Part shown: positions 49,687-58,228 of the stretch, in pieces
Numbering within the stretch: position 1 is the stretch's first letter
How the letters are laid out: each line of letters opens with the position of its first letter
Source: Terriglobia bacterium
GTDB lineage: Bacteria; Acidobacteriota; Terriglobia; 20CM-2-55-15
Direction of reading: 5' to 3'
DNA: 64,000 nucleotides
NCBI GenBank assembly: GCA_965198225.1
Contig: CBDAOY010000008.1
Span: 800,001 to 864,000 of the forward strand
Notes under the pieces: model-generated
Told to the model about the DNA's origin: nothing
The model's database searches: none
The model's input: only the letters and a program-made list of their open reading frames with translations
Made by a program: the position numbers and the translations under genes

Positions 49687-49934
49687 AATCTCCCGAGCTT
49701 CCTCTCCAGATCTTGCGAGTCGACCCGATACTTGAAGGCCTTGTTGCCGTTGATCCGCACCACGGGGATCTCCTCTCCGTAGGCTGCCTCCAACGTTGGA
49801 TCGTTTTCGATGTTGATGATCTGGAACTCGAAGGGATAGCGAGAACGAGCCTGTTCGATCACGTCACGGGCCTCGTCGCAAAGATGGCAGCCCGGCTTGG
49901 AGAACATCTCGATCCGGAGCGCCCTATCCGGCAT
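49674..49934 (-). CDS. Glutaredoxin-like protein (DUF836)
   Basis: SKPGCHLCD and YGEEIPVV motifs. Confidence 0.88.
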   Translation of the reverse strand: MPDRALRIEMFSKPGCHLCDEARDVIEQARSRYPFEFQIINIENDPTLEAAYGEEIPVVRINGNKAFKYRVDSQDLERKLGRLWNR

Positions 49935-50907
49935 TCTCCCTCGCAGAAAGGGATGCCTCCGTCCCGACAGCTTCACACTGATCGTCATCAAAACGGCGGA
50001 AGAACTTTCGGGCGGTGGCGACGTCTACTCGAATCTGGTTCAGGAGGTCCTCAGCGCTCGAGAACTTTTTCTCGTCGCGCAGTCGTTTGAGGAATCGCAG
50101 GCGACCGTCCGCGCCTGCTTCCGGGACGACACCGTCGAGGACATGGGTCTCGATGGTCCGATTCTTTCCACCAAACGTGGGGCGCGTCCCCACGTTGGTC
50201 ACAGCCTGGAGTAAAGATCCTCCATCGACCGCGATCCGCGTGACATAAACGCCGTCTCCGGGCATCAATTCGTTCTGCGATTTCATATTGAGCGTGGGGA
50301 CCGTTTCGCTTCTGCCGCGCCCCGAACCACTGACGATCTCGCCCTCGACTTCGTAGCAGCGGCCCAGCATCCTGCGTGTGGCGCGCACATCGCCGTCGGT
50401 GAGTGCGCGACGGATTCGAGAGCTGCTGACGAAATCACGCCCTGTCGCTACGGGCCCTACTTCGATGACCTCGTAGTGGTCCCGCCATCGAGTCAACGTG
50501 TCCACATCCCCGGCATGCCGGTGTCCGAATCTGAAGTTGTGGCCGACACAAACCGCCTGAACTCTAAAGTGATTGATCAGGTATGTATAGATAAACTCTT
50601 TGGGAGAAAGCTTCGAAAAGTGGTCGTTGAACTCCTGTACGAGAAGGAGGTCAATTCCGATGTCGCCGATCAAGCGGATCTTTTGGTCCAGAGTCGCGAT
50701 GAGCCGGGGCGCGCGGTCCGGCGCGAGGAACCGTAGAGGATGGGGGTCGAAAGTAATCGCGACCGAGATCGTACCGAGCTCCCGGGCACGATCGCGCACC
50801 CGTTCGAGGATCGACCGGTGGCCGCGGTGCAGGCCGTCGAAGTTGCCGATCGTGACGACGCTCGAGCCGCTGATCTGGGCCTCGGCGAGGGAATGTACGA
50901 CCTTCAT
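49924..50907 (-). CDS. ribF: Bifunctional riboflavin kinase/FAD synthetase
   Basis: GNFDGLHRGH, VSSSRIR, PTLN, NVGTRPTF and ETHVL motifs. Confidence 0.95.
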   Translation of the reverse strand: MKVVHSLAEAQISGSSVVTIGNFDGLHRGHRSILERVRDRARELGTISVAITFDPHPLRFLAPDRAPRLIATLDQKIRLIGDIGIDLLLVQEFNDHFSKLSPKEFIYTYLINHFRVQAVCVGHNFRFGHRHAGDVDTLTRWRDHYEVIEVGPVATGRDFVSSSRIRRALTDGDVRATRRMLGRCYEVEGEIVSGSGRGRSETVPTLNMKSQNELMPGDGVYVTRIAVDGGSLLQAVTNVGTRPTFGGKNRTIETHVLDGVVPEAGADGRLRFLKRLRDEKKFSSAEDLLNQIRVDVATARKFFRRFDDDQCEAVGTEASLSARENAG

Positions 50908-51096
50908 TTTGCTGTTCTCGACCTTTTAAGCATGAGCTACCGTCGGGTCGGCCTTCAGCTCTCAGCGCTCATCCCTCGCGGTCAGTCGTTAGCGAAACCT
51001 TCATCCGGGCGGAGATTGAAGAGGCTGACCGCGACAGCTGACAGCTAATCGCGTGAAGCAAACAGCTATAATAACCGTTTTTCGACGGGAGGCGCG

Positions 51097-51900
51097 ATGA
51101 CGGGAGCGAAGTTCGAGAGGCTGGTCGACATCATGGCACGACTGCGGGGCCCGGATGGCTGTCCCTGGGACAGGGAGCAGGATCTCGAATCGCTGAAGCC
51201 GATGCTGATCGAAGAGGTGTATGAAGTCATCGACGCGGTCGAGAGCCGGGATTACGAGGGGCTGGCCGAGGAGCTCGGAGACCTTCTGCTTCATGTGGTC
51301 TTTCACGCCCAGTTGGGTCGGGAAATGAACGAATTTGCGATCGACGACGTCATCGACGGTATCTGCGACAAGCTCATACGGCGCCACCCCCATGTGTTCG
51401 GCGATGAAAAGGCCGCAGACGCGGACGAGGTGGTCGAGAACTGGGAAGCGATCAAGGTACGGGAGAAGTCCGAGAAGCCGGCGAAAGACGGGCTGCAATC
51501 CGTGTTGCACGGCATTCCGGCCAAACTACCCGCGCTTCACGAGGCCCACAAGATATCTTCTCGGGTCGCCCGGGTCGGGTTCGACTGGCCGGAGATCGAC
51601 GGCGTGTTTGACAAACTGCACGAGGAAATCCAGGAGCTCCGGGAGGCCATCGCGCTACCTCCCGGCAACCAGGCCCGGGAAGCGCTCGAAGACGAGGTCG
51701 GCGACGCGCTCTTCGTCATGGTCAACATCGCGCGCTTTCTGAAGATAGACAGCGAGTCCGCCTTGAAACGCGCGAACCGGAAGTTCCGCGCGCGCTTCCA
51801 GTTCATAGAACGCCAGCTCGAAGAGGAAGGCAAGACCCTGGAGGAGTCCTCCCTCGCGGAAATGGAAGCCATCTGGCAGCGGGCCAAGGAGCTGCACTGA
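51097..51900 (+). CDS. mazG: Nucleoside triphosphate pyrophosphohydrolase MazG
   Basis: GCPWDREQ, EELGDLL, RRHPHVF, GFDW and EVGD motifs. Confidence 0.96.
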   Translation: MTGAKFERLVDIMARLRGPDGCPWDREQDLESLKPMLIEEVYEVIDAVESRDYEGLAEELGDLLLHVVFHAQLGREMNEFAIDDVIDGICDKLIRRHPHVFGDEKAADADEVVENWEAIKVREKSEKPAKDGLQSVLHGIPAKLPALHEAHKISSRVARVGFDWPEIDGVFDKLHEEIQELREAIALPPGNQAREALEDEVGDALFVMVNIARFLKIDSESALKRANRKFRARFQFIERQLEEEGKTLEESSLAEMEAIWQRAKELH

Positions 51901-51903
51901 ATC

Positions 51904-52617
51904 ATGGAGATTCGGGAGCTGACAAGGAAGGAAGAGTTCGAGCGGTGCGTCGAGCTACAGCGCACCGAGTGGGGGTGGAAGGATCTCGATATCGTTCCGC
52001 TTCGATCTTTCGTCGTCGTTTCGAATGTCGGAGGAATCACGCTGGGCGCTTTCGACGGAGACCGCGTCGTCGGCTTCATCAACACCCTGCCGGGCGTTCA
52101 GAAGGGGCGACCGTACTGGTATTCCCGTATGCTGGGCATTGAACATGCATATCGGGGGCGCGGGGTCGGAACGGCGCTGAAGAGGTCCCAGCGCGAGCAC
52201 GCGCTCGAGAGAGGAATCCATCTGATCGAATGGACCTTCGATCCGCTGGAGTCGAAGAACGCCCATCTGAATCTGGAAAAGCTAGGTGTGGTTGTCCGCC
52301 GCTACTACGTTGACCACTATGGCTTCACGACCTCCCATCTCCAGAGGACGATGGAGAGCGACCGCCTGATGGCGGAGTGGTGGCTCGATCGACCCCGCGG
52401 CGGAGTGGCAGGGGGGACCCACCGCGTTCGGATCCCCGCCGACATCCAGGCGGTCAAGGACCGGGACCTGGACGAGGCCATCCGAATACAGCGCCGTGTG
52501 CGGGAGGAGTTCCGGAAATATTTTGATGCCGGCTACATCGTCGTCGGTTTTGAGCGACTGTCGGACGGGAGCGAATACATCTTAAGGCCGATCGCGGGAA
52601 CAGATTTCGAGAATTGA
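51904..52617 (+). CDS. GNAT family N-acyl(succinyl)transferase
   Basis: YSRMLG...YRGRGVG and WTFDPLESKNAHLNLEKLG...SDRL motifs, typical of GNATs next to NSAR/OSBS genes. Confidence 0.85.
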   Translation: MEIRELTRKEEFERCVELQRTEWGWKDLDIVPLRSFVVVSNVGGITLGAFDGDRVVGFINTLPGVQKGRPYWYSRMLGIEHAYRGRGVGTALKRSQREHALERGIHLIEWTFDPLESKNAHLNLEKLGVVVRRYYVDHYGFTTSHLQRTMESDRLMAEWWLDRPRGGVAGGTHRVRIPADIQAVKDRDLDEAIRIQRRVREEFRKYFDAGYIVVGFERLSDGSEYILRPIAGTDFEN

Positions 52618-52622
52618 GGCGC

Positions 52623-53732
52623 ATGCACATCGAAAAAGTGGAAGTTCGGGAAGTTCGGATGCAGCTGCTCCATCCGTTTGAGACCAGTTTCGGCGTTACC
52701 CAGGAGAGGCGGATCCTGATCGTCAAGGCGTTCGACGGCGAACATGTCGGCTACGGCGAAGTCACCGCGGCCGAGGGACCTTTCTACAGCCACGAGACGT
52801 CGGAGACCGCCTGGCACGTGCTGTCGGATTTCATCATTCCATGGACAGTCGGCCGGCATCTGGATCGGGCGGCGGACTTGACGTCCATCGTTCAGCCGAT
52901 CCGGGGGCACAACATGGCCAAGGCTGCGATGGAAGATGCGCTCTGGGATCTGGAAGCTCGCCAGAAGCAGACGCCCCTCTGGAAATTGTTGGGCGGCGTT
53001 CGGGAACGAATCGAGTGCGGCGTTTCCATCGGAATCCAGCCGTCGATCGACAAACTGCTGGAAAAGATCACAACCGAAGTCGATGCGGGATACCGCCGCA
53101 TCAAGATCAAGATCAAGCCCGGTTGGGACCTGGACGTCATCCGACAGGTGCGCGAGTCGTTTCCCAACATTCGCCTCATGGGTGACGCGAACTCCGCCTA
53201 CACGCTGGCCGACGTCGATCTGTTCAAGAAGATGGACGAATACGACATCATGATGTTCGAGCAGCCCTTGCACTGGGAAGACATCATCGACCACGCCGAA
53301 CTCCAGAAGCAGATCCGGACGCCGATATGTCTCGACGAGTCCATCCACAACGTCCAAGACGCCCGCAAGGCGACCGGTATCGACGCCTGCCGGATCATCA
53401 ACATCAAGCTTGGGCGCGTCGGTGGTCACAGCAGCGTCCGAGCGATTCACGACCTCTGCCGGGATCGCGACGTTCCGGTCTGGTGCGGGGGCATGCTCGA
53501 ATCCGGCATCGGTCGCGCCCACAACATTGCTTTGTCGAGCCTCGAGAACTTCACGCTGCCGGGCGACGTATCCGCGAGCAAGCGCTATTGGGCGGAGGAC
53601 CTGATCGAACCCCGAGTCGAGGTCAGCGCCGACGGCGAGATCCAGCAGCGCTCGGAACCGGGCATCGGGTTCGCGCCGAGGGAAGACTTTATCGAAAACA
53701 TCACCGAACGCTGCCAAACGTTCACTCCATGA
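52623..53732 (+). CDS. menC: o-succinylbenzoate synthase / N-succinylamino acid racemase (NSAR/OSBS subfamily)
   Basis: PFETSFG, KIKIKP, DANSAY, EQP, LDES, NIK and WCGGMLE motifs. Confidence 0.88.
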   Translation: MHIEKVEVREVRMQLLHPFETSFGVTQERRILIVKAFDGEHVGYGEVTAAEGPFYSHETSETAWHVLSDFIIPWTVGRHLDRAADLTSIVQPIRGHNMAKAAMEDALWDLEARQKQTPLWKLLGGVRERIECGVSIGIQPSIDKLLEKITTEVDAGYRRIKIKIKPGWDLDVIRQVRESFPNIRLMGDANSAYTLADVDLFKKMDEYDIMMFEQPLHWEDIIDHAELQKQIRTPICLDESIHNVQDARKATGIDACRIINIKLGRVGGHSSVRAIHDLCRDRDVPVWCGGMLESGIGRAHNIALSSLENFTLPGDVSASKRYWAEDLIEPRVEVSADGEIQQRSEPGIGFAPREDFIENITERCQTFTP

Positions 53733-55048
53733 AGGTTTTTCAAGGCGACTGGATCTGTCCTGTGACAGACGAGCCGATTCGTGACGGAGTCGTCGTCGTA
53801 GAGGGAGGGAAAATCCTGGAGGTCGGAGAGAGCGCTCCTGCAGGGGCGCCGGTAGAATCCTTCCCGGGCTGTGCGCTGATTCCCGGTTTCGTCAACGCCC
53901 ACATTCACCTCGAACTGACCATCCTGCGCGGCCTCCTGGAGGACCTTCCCTTCCAGACCTGGGTCCGGCGGCTGACTCGCGCCAAGTACGAACACCTTTC
54001 CCGGGAGGAGTTGCTCGTGTCGGCCAGACTGGGCGCACTCGAATGCCTGGCTGCCGGGGTGACAGCCGTCGGGGAGGTCATGGACATCGGGACCGGCTGG
54101 GAGGCGATGGTCGAGACGGGGTTGCGCGGCGTCGCTTTTCAGGAAGTCTTCGGGCCACAGGAGGACGTCGCGACTGAGGCGCTTCGAGGTTTGGCAGAGA
54201 AGGTAAGGGTGTTCCGGAAAGACGAGACCGCGACCCGTCGTGTCGGCGTCTCTCCCCACGCCCCGTTTACAGTGTCGGCCCCGCTGTTTGAAAGCGTTCG
54301 AGACCTGTCCGCAGACCAGCACCTGCCCCTGACTGTTCACGTCGCGGAGTCGCGCGAGGAGACCCAGTTTGTTCGCGACGGTTCGGGACCGTTCGCCGAG
54401 TATTGGAACTCGCGCGGGATTTCGGTCGTTCGGCGGGAGGCATCTCCGATCCAGTATCTAGATGATCTCGGCGTTTTCTCCCCGCGCACGCTCGCAATCC
54501 ATGCCATCGAAGCGGACGCCGCCGACGTCCGAACGCTCGAAAGCCGGGGCGCGGCCGTCGCGCATTGTCCCAAGTCGAACCAGAAGCTAGGCCATGGTGT
54601 TGCGCCTGTGTGGGAGTTCGTCGAGGCAGGCGTCCCCGTTGGTCTTGGAACCGACAGCGTGGCAAGCAACAACGTGATCGACATGTTCGAAGAGATGCGG
54701 GCGGCGATCTTCCTGCAGCGAACGAGAAAGAACGATCCCGCGGCCATCGGGGCACAACACGCCCTGCGAATGGCGACGCTCGATGCCGCCTCATGCCTCG
54801 GACTAGAAGAACAGCTCGGGAGTCTGAGTGAAGGGAAGCAGGCCGACATTGTCGTCGTCGACCTGAACGAGCCCGCACTGAGACCCGTCTACGATCCGGT
54901 CGAAAGCATGGTCTATTCGGCGAGCCGGAAGAACGTCACCGCGACGTTTCTCGGCGGCGAACGAGTGGAGATGGATCCGACCGACACCATTGCCCAAGCG
55001 CAAGCCATCGCAGATCGCTTGAAGGACCTGGACCTCGAAGCGGAATGA
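53729..55048 (+). CDS. Amidohydrolase, MTA/SAH deaminase-like
   Basis: PGFVNAHIH, SPHAPFT, HVAES, HCPKSN and LGTDSVASN motifs. ATGA overlap with the upstream gene. Confidence 0.88.
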   Translation: MKVFQGDWICPVTDEPIRDGVVVVEGGKILEVGESAPAGAPVESFPGCALIPGFVNAHIHLELTILRGLLEDLPFQTWVRRLTRAKYEHLSREELLVSARLGALECLAAGVTAVGEVMDIGTGWEAMVETGLRGVAFQEVFGPQEDVATEALRGLAEKVRVFRKDETATRRVGVSPHAPFTVSAPLFESVRDLSADQHLPLTVHVAESREETQFVRDGSGPFAEYWNSRGISVVRREASPIQYLDDLGVFSPRTLAIHAIEADAADVRTLESRGAAVAHCPKSNQKLGHGVAPVWEFVEAGVPVGLGTDSVASNNVIDMFEEMRAAIFLQRTRKNDPAAIGAQHALRMATLDAASCLGLEEQLGSLSEGKQADIVVVDLNEPALRPVYDPVESMVYSASRKNVTATFLGGERVEMDPTDTIAQAQAIADRLKDLDLEAE

Positions 55049-55224
55049 GCCGCGAGAGAGCCACTGTGAGGGGGACAGGGGCCTGGCCCTGTCCCCGGGC
55101 GTATGGGCACCCTTCATGCCCGGGAGCGCGCATGAATCTTCAACAAAAGTGTGCGGTCACAGACCGCACCTACACCTGCCTGCCAGATCTTTCGCTGGAG
55201 TGCAGGTGCGCTCTATGAGCGCAC
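55049..55224. repeat. Family E repeat followed by two GTAG-type REPs
   Basis: Same components as 29480-29640. Confidence 0.8.
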
Positions 55225-55258
55225 AAGTGTCCTCCCTCGCGGCGCATTTCGCTTGCCG

Positions 55259-55852
55259 CTACACTTCGCTTAGTAGATGGCCGAGCTTGTTTTTTTTGGT
55301 TCGGAGATAGGTTTCGGATGTATCCGACGGGGGGATCTCAATGGGCATGCGTTCGATCTGACGGATTCCTGCCTCTTCGAGGGCTGCGATCTTTCTCGGG
55401 TTGTTCGACATAAGCCGAATCTGGTCGAGCTTGAAGTGCTTCAGGACCGCGCCGCAGAGAGCGTAGCTACGATGGTCGGCCTCGAATCCGAGTTGGTGAT
55501 TTGCTTCCACCGTATCGTGTCCGGAATCCTGGAGCTCGTAGGCCAGTAGCTTGTTCATCAGTCCGATCCCCCGTCCCTCGGCGAGTTGATAGACGAGGAT
55601 GCCGTGGCCTTCCTCCGAGATCCTTCGGAGCGCAACGTCCAGTTGCTCCCCGCAGTCGCATCGGGACGATGCGAAGATCTCGCCCGTCACACACTGCGAA
55701 TGCACACGGACCAGTGGCATCGACTGACTTGCGGGCTCGCCCATGACCAGTGCGTACACGGCCTCGTCACCGGATTCGGTCTCGAAGCCAAAGATCCTGT
55801 AGGCTCCGAATCTCGTGGGAAGACTGGCTTCTGCGACTTTGCGAGCGTTCAT
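55259..55852 (-). CDS. ribA: GTP cyclohydrolase II
   Basis: RVHSQCVTGE...RCDCGEQL, EGRGIG and SNNPRK motifs. Confidence 0.95.
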   Translation of the reverse strand: MNARKVAEASLPTRFGAYRIFGFETESGDEAVYALVMGEPASQSMPLVRVHSQCVTGEIFASSRCDCGEQLDVALRRISEEGHGILVYQLAEGRGIGLMNKLLAYELQDSGHDTVEANHQLGFEADHRSYALCGAVLKHFKLDQIRLMSNNPRKIAALEEAGIRQIERMPIEIPPSDTSETYLRTKKNKLGHLLSEV

Positions 55853-55878
55853 AAGAGTGCGATTATAGTACGCGGAAC

Positions 55879-56463
55879 CTACATCCCCTGCCGGTCGAGG
55901 ACGATGTCGTCGGGACTGCCGTGAACCCCGTCGGGACCGGGGGAGCGCAACACATAGGCGCGGTCGCCACGTCGTTCGTACCGAATCTCACGACCCCACG
56001 CGTCCTGGCGTATCAAGTCCTCCATGAAGAGCGGATGGAGGACGTCGGCCAGGGTCGACTCCGTTCCAAGCAGGGGCAGGGAACCGTTCTGAGCCTGGTA
56101 CTCGGTGACACCTGCAGCGAGTTTTCCCAATGCGGCGGAGGTGTTGTCGGAGTACTGACGTTCGACGGCCTCCAGGAGAAGGTCGACGTCGATCCACTGG
56201 CGATCACCGAGTCTGGCAGAAACGATACGCCATTTTCCGCCGGCATCCTTCTCAAACTGGAATGCCATCTTCACGCTCGTCTCTGCGACCGCCCTGCCCC
56301 CGGTTTCGATCATGATTCGTTCGATTTCGATCTCGGACGGCACTAGCGTCGATCCTCCGAGGCTCGCGATCTGTTGTCGCGCAGCCCTCGTCGAAAGAGT
56401 ACCGGCGCAGCCTGTGAGGACGATTAGAGCCGCCAAAAATGGGGTCCGGAAGGCGTATCTCAT
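55879..56463 (-). CDS. Lipoprotein with C-terminal GspG-like (T2SSG) domain
   Basis: LTGC lipobox. DAWGREIRY...LRSPGPDG...DDI motif. Confidence 0.7.
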   Translation of the reverse strand: MRYAFRTPFLAALIVLTGCAGTLSTRAARQQIASLGGSTLVPSEIEIERIMIETGGRAVAETSVKMAFQFEKDAGGKWRIVSARLGDRQWIDVDLLLEAVERQYSDNTSAALGKLAAGVTEYQAQNGSLPLLGTESTLADVLHPLFMEDLIRQDAWGREIRYERRGDRAYVLRSPGPDGVHGSPDDIVLDRQGM

Positions 56464-56525
56464 GAACCGATCGAGTCTATCACGTTGTGATATCATCCAG
56501 ATCAATTTGCAGTTCGAGGGTCGCG

Positions 56526-57221
56526 ATGAACGTGAACGTGGTCTTCTTCGCCTCGCTGGTCGACATCGTCGGAAGCCGCCAACTCAACATCGACATCGGC
56601 GACGGTGCGAGGGTCGCCGATGTTCTGGACCAGCTGGAGTCCAGCTATCCGCGGATCAAGGCATATCGTTCTGTGCTGCTGACCGCGTTGAACGAGGATT
56701 ACGTGGAGTCGTCCCGGACCCTTGTCGAAGGGGATGAGCTCGCCGTGTTCCCGCCGGTCAGCGGGGGTCAGGTGCAGGCGAAGGACCTGACGATCAGCCT
56801 GCCGAACCATTTCTACCAGATAACGCGTGAGACGATCGACTCTCAGAAGATCGCCCGCGAGTTGCTGACAGGCGACGATGGCGCCATCTGCGTGTTCGAA
56901 GGCGTGGTTCGGAACAACTCCAAAGGTAAGGCGACCCGTTACCTTATCTACGAAGCATACGAGGGCATGGCGCTCAAGAAGCTCCGGGAAATCGGCGAAT
57001 CGGTCCGCCAGGTCTGGGAGATCGACTCCATCGCCATCGTTCATCGCCTGGGCCGGATGGAGATCGGCGAAACCTCGGTCGCCGTCATCGTGACGGCCGC
57101 TCACCGTCGGCCTGCCTTTGATTCCTGTCACTATGCCATCGACCGGTTGAAAAAGATCGTTCCCATCTGGAAGAAGGAATACTTCGAAGACGGTGAAGTC
57201 TGGGTCGAGGGTCAGTCATAA
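56526..57221 (+). CDS. Fused molybdopterin synthase MoaD-MoaE
   Basis: MoaD part ends PPVSGG internally. MoaE motifs FEGVVRN, HRLG and PIWKKE. Confidence 0.92.
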   Translation: MNVNVVFFASLVDIVGSRQLNIDIGDGARVADVLDQLESSYPRIKAYRSVLLTALNEDYVESSRTLVEGDELAVFPPVSGGQVQAKDLTISLPNHFYQITRETIDSQKIARELLTGDDGAICVFEGVVRNNSKGKATRYLIYEAYEGMALKKLREIGESVRQVWEIDSIAIVHRLGRMEIGETSVAVIVTAAHRRPAFDSCHYAIDRLKKIVPIWKKEYFEDGEVWVEGQS

Positions 57222-57222
57222 G

Positions 57223-58113
57223 ATGAACAAGATTGCTCTCGTCGTGCACGGCGGGGCCTGGGAGATTCCCGATGCGATGGTCGAGGATTGTCGGACGGGT
57301 ATTCGGGATGCGCTTGTTGCTGGATGGGCGCTACTGCAGCAGGGCGGGGCTGCCGCGGACGCATGCGAACAAGCTGTCGTGGCGCTGGAAGACTCTCCCG
57401 TGTTCGATGCAGGTGTCGGTTCACACCTGAACCGTGACGGCCGCATCCAGCTCGATGCCGTCCTGATGGATGGCTCCACGTTGGAGGCGGGCGCGGTGGC
57501 GGCCGTCGAACGTGTGAAGAACCCCATTCGTCTCGCTCGGCGGATACTGGAAGACAGCCCACACATCCTGTTGGTCGGCGCAGGGGCGGAGCAGTTCTCG
57601 CTCGAGAAGGGACTCGATCTGTGTGACCCGGAAGACCTGCTTGTCGAACGGGAACAGACACGCTGGTCCGATTGGAAGGGGAGCGCGATGCCCGCGGCCG
57701 GCGCCGACAAGGGAACGGTTGGCGCGGTGGCCATCGACATGTTCGGCAGCCTGGCGGCCGGAACCTCGACGGGCGGTCCTTTCGGCAAGTATCCCGGGAG
57801 GGTCGGCGATTCTCCGATTATCGGCTGCGGTTGCTACGCAGACAACGCCAGCGGAGCCGTATCGGCGACGGGGGAGGGCGAAGCGATCATGAAGCTCGTC
57901 CTTTCGAAGACGGCCTCAGACCTGCTCGCCTTGGGCCAGGAGGCCCAGAGCGCGGCGGAAACAGCCTTGAGCCTGATGATGCAACGTACCTCCGGCAGGG
58001 GCGGCCTGATCCTCCTGGACCGCCTCGGCCACGTCGGCGCCGCTCACACCACCTCCCGTATGGCCGCGGCCTACCGCACGACCGACTCCGACGACCTGAC
58101 CCTCCTGATCTGA
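57223..58113 (+). CDS. Isoaspartyl peptidase / L-asparaginase (Ntn hydrolase)
   Basis: VHGGAW, G|TVGAVA, TSTGG, GRVGDSP and TGEGE motifs. Confidence 0.92.
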   Translation: MNKIALVVHGGAWEIPDAMVEDCRTGIRDALVAGWALLQQGGAAADACEQAVVALEDSPVFDAGVGSHLNRDGRIQLDAVLMDGSTLEAGAVAAVERVKNPIRLARRILEDSPHILLVGAGAEQFSLEKGLDLCDPEDLLVEREQTRWSDWKGSAMPAAGADKGTVGAVAIDMFGSLAAGTSTGGPFGKYPGRVGDSPIIGCGCYADNASGAVSATGEGEAIMKLVLSKTASDLLALGQEAQSAAETALSLMMQRTSGRGGLILLDRLGHVGAAHTTSRMAAAYRTTDSDDLTLLI

Positions 58114-58123
58114 GTGATCGGAA

Positions 58124-58216
58124 TTAACCACGGAGGCGCGGAGGCACGGAGAGGCACAGGTCTTGATCTTCTGAACATAGGGCCGCCCGCATCCGGCTCC
58201 GTGCCTCCGTGGTTAA
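58124..58216. repeat. Inverted repeat between convergent genes
   Basis: TTAACCACGGAGGCGCGGAG...CTCCGTGCCTCCGTGGTTAA. Confidence 0.7.
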
Positions 58217-58228
58217 TAATCCCCGTTT

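Noticed and set aside
53327-53728. 133-aa N-terminal extension of the deaminase
   Set aside because: It overlaps menC in another frame; the ATGA-coupled start at 53729 fits the family N-terminus.
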